From Nageia nagi (Eukaryota > Plantae > Pinophyta), in NCBI GenBank assembly GCA_050084985.1, contig JBITNC010000002.1, positions 28,458,001-28,522,000 on the forward strand: 64,000 bases of DNA. The letters are read 5' to 3'. Position 1 is the first letter of the stretch. Each line of letters starts with the position of its first letter. Below, one piece after another: positions 61,013 through 64,000 of the stretch. The notes under the pieces were generated by a model that worked only from the letters and a program-made list of their open reading frames with translations, searched no databases and had not been told where the DNA came from. The position numbers were made by a program, and so were the translations under genes.

Positions 61013-64000
61013 AAAAATGTAGTAAAAATGGCCCAAAAGGCTAGATGTTTGGCTTGATAGACTAGATCTGGCAAAAAATACTCCACAAAACTCAACTAGT
61101 TGGACATCACACTACTAGGGCCTCAAACCTTTGGACCTAAATGCAAGAATCACATCAACTAACTCCAAAAGTTGGATGCACCACTGAAGGTCTCCCAATT
61201 GCTGGATCAAACACTCTGGAGCACCCCATGAACCCAGTGAAGGATCCACTCCTATGAACACAAGAAATTTAATCCTTGGTTCACAAAAGCCACTCAAAGA
61301 TTTTCATCCTCAAGAAGCCTCCTTATTGAAGGTTTTCGTCCACAAGAAGGGATGAGAAGCAACAAGTCACGCACTCAAGAGATAGAAGATGGTAGATGAA
61401 AAAGATCTCCAAATGAGGCATCTCCCCTCTAAATAGTTGGACATCCCATCATAGGGGTCATAATGGGACCACAAGGATACAACTTTCAAATTACAGGATT
61501 CATTAAAATTGGATGCATTAATAATTGCCTAGATAATACAAAAATGACACAATAAATTACTCCTATCAACGGATGTCCAGTTTGGGATAACAAGACATCA
61601 TTACAATATTACAATAATGCCACCTTGGGCCCACAATAGCAAATGTTACTTACAAAATACACCTTTTTAACAAAAGACTCCTAAGATCACACAAAAGGGT
61701 GGGCATCCCCTTTTAAATGACAAAAAATAAACATTAATAAACCACAAAAAAAGGAAACCCTAAAAACGAATGTTACATAAGGCCTCTAACTCTTGGATCT
61801 GAGATGAATGGGACAAGCCACACTCCCTCGGACTAGGATGCACCACTGAAGGAGCTCTCTCACGCCTAGATGAAGGAAGAAGTGCAACCTTGGAATACCA
61901 CTAGATGGACTAAGGGGTGTGAATCCTCAGTAAAAGATTTAGAGGCATCTTTGCTCCCCTAAACCCTCTCTCATGCTACAAAAAAGGAATAAGTCTAGCA
62001 CTGCACCGGTTCTCCAAGAGAAGATGAAATGTCTAAAGATGTCTTCTCAATTCTACATCATCTCCTTATGTAACTAGACGTCCCATTATGACGTCTAGAT
62101 CTCACCTCGGGATCCATGAAATCATGCCTAAACGCAAGAAATACAACTAACTATCTCAAGGAGAGAGACATTCCACATTGGGGCTCACACCCACAAATCT
62201 CCTATCCGAGATCTCACTAATACATCATGCCCAAGAATAATTCTAGATACAATGAATCATTACTACTCTTCTCTAGAAGAGGGGCCTCCTTACTACAAGT
62301 TTTCGCCCATAGGAAGGGATGAGAAGTGACGAGTCAGTCACTCGAGATAAAAGATGATAAATGACAAAGACTATAATGTCCCCAATTTTGACATTACTTC
62401 TACTTCAACATGTTGTTGCTACATGTGGGCCACTTGGAATGAGACGCCCCCCTTGGGGAATGATTAAATGTATTTGATGTATTTTGTAATAATTAGGAGT
62501 GATTTAGTACTTAGGAGTAATTTAATGCATCGTAATTGGCACTCAATGTGGGACGCCCGACAAAAACCCTCAAGGAGTTTTTGCAGACCAAAGACGAAAA
62601 CCCTTGTATTCGTAGGAGTGGATCCCTCACAAAATTCACGAGGTGCTCCAAAGCTTCACATCCAGCAATTGGAAGGCCTTCAGTGGTGCATCCAACCTAT
62701 GGAGTGAATTGGTGTAGTTTCAGTGTGTTTGAAGCCCTAGCAGTGTGACATTATGATGATCCAAATTTAATTTCAAACATAAACTAGCAAACACGGACCA
62801 TCAAACCCTGACGTCAAGTCTAGGGCATCAAGCTAGCACAATCAAACCCTCAAACATCCAATGTTAGGGTTATTAGGATCACACATTCAGATACCCAAAA
62901 TGCCAACGTCTAGCATATGCAAACATACATCAATGAATACAAGCTCAAGATGCCAACATCTGGCTAATGCATACATTTACAAACCCTATTACATTAATGT
63001 GCCTTCGAATGATAAATACAAGTACATACAATTAAAGAGATCCAACGCATGCACAAATATGAGACAATACAACACAATAATGAGATCCAATGCCCTTTGG
63101 CTGTATATGAATGATATGAAGAACAATAATACAATACCAATGCCCATTGGGCAATCGTTAGCCTCAAGGGAGCCAACTAGGGCACAATGCTTTGAAATCC
63201 TCAATGTCGAACAATTTTAGAACCATGGGATAGACTTACTCCCTCAGATCCCGAATCCTCTCCACTAAAGGAGATCTCCTCGAAATCTAGTGAACCACTG
63301 AAGGTAGAAGTAGATCCTCAGAATACCACCGGATGGGCAAGGTGCTCCACCTATGCCGTAGATAATCAGGATCCCACTACCTAACTACTCTGTAGACGCT
63401 TTGCCTAGGAATGTATTGCTTAGCACCACTAAGACTTGTGCCCGAAGGTCTGTAGTAGGTGGAAATAATAATCAATGTTGTCCAATACTGAAGCTCCAAT
63501 GTCTATTTATACCTTTCTCATGTCCGGAGCTCACCTTGGAAATCAATGTTTTGGGGGGCTTCAATGAAAACTTGACAATTTTTTTCCTTTTGATTCTCAA
63601 GATACCCTGCCATTACAACATGTACAAATGATTGGCCCAAGGTAAAAGACAAATGAAGGACTAACCCAATCAAATGCAGAATCAAGCAAAGCCTAATTGT
63701 GAAAAGATTTTGGGTGCTGCAATGAAAACTCAACAACGGTTTGAATGTTCCATAGAACTACTAAATGAACCTATATGAATGATTAACTAAAAGGAGAAAT
63801 AGAATAGAAGCACGTATCCAAAATCAATCAAAAAACGGATGTGAAACCTAGTGGAGAATCATAAAAACCTTGACAACTTTTTAATACTCAAGATTCCACT
63901 ATACGAATGACCATCCCAAATCCAGACATGAAATCAACTATTTTGGGCTGCATTGAAACCAGATATAGCATGGTGGCTAAGTTGTGTATGACCTGATCAA
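61013..64000. repeat. Nested LTR fragments
   Basis: 61100-61300 is an inverted copy of 62570-62750; 61318-61405 is repeated directly at 62285-62370; no coding domains. Confidence 0.6.

Overview
AT-rich, transposon-saturated plant nuclear DNA, most consistent with a gymnosperm (inference from the TE families and intron sizes). The whole window appears to lie inside one minus-strand host gene, a UapA/UapC-like NCS2 (NAT) xanthine/uric-acid permease. Only three exons are visible (43372-43518, 28957-29073, 13109-13233; 389 coding nt), separated by 14.3-kb and 15.7-kb introns. The introns hold LINE remnants, a full-length decayed Copia (44775-52898), a CRM-type chromovirus pol, a tRNA-Trp-primed Tat/Ogre-like element, a hAT transposase, solo LTRs and a UGT/PPR fragment chimera. 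The strongest signal is a family of pol-less Gypsy-type LTR elements in which a mosaic cargo replaces RT/RNaseH/integrase. In the copy at 34822-40549 the cargo includes an intronless, internally deleted piece of the RNA polymerase IV/V second subunit (NRPD2/NRPE2, core RdDM silencing machinery), and it is punctuated by about seven copies of a degenerate peptide motif, like a cassette array. The host permease also carries an unusual symmetric CX3CX4CX3C...CX3CX4CX3C loop insertion. All homologies were recognised by eye and from memory; no database searches were run.
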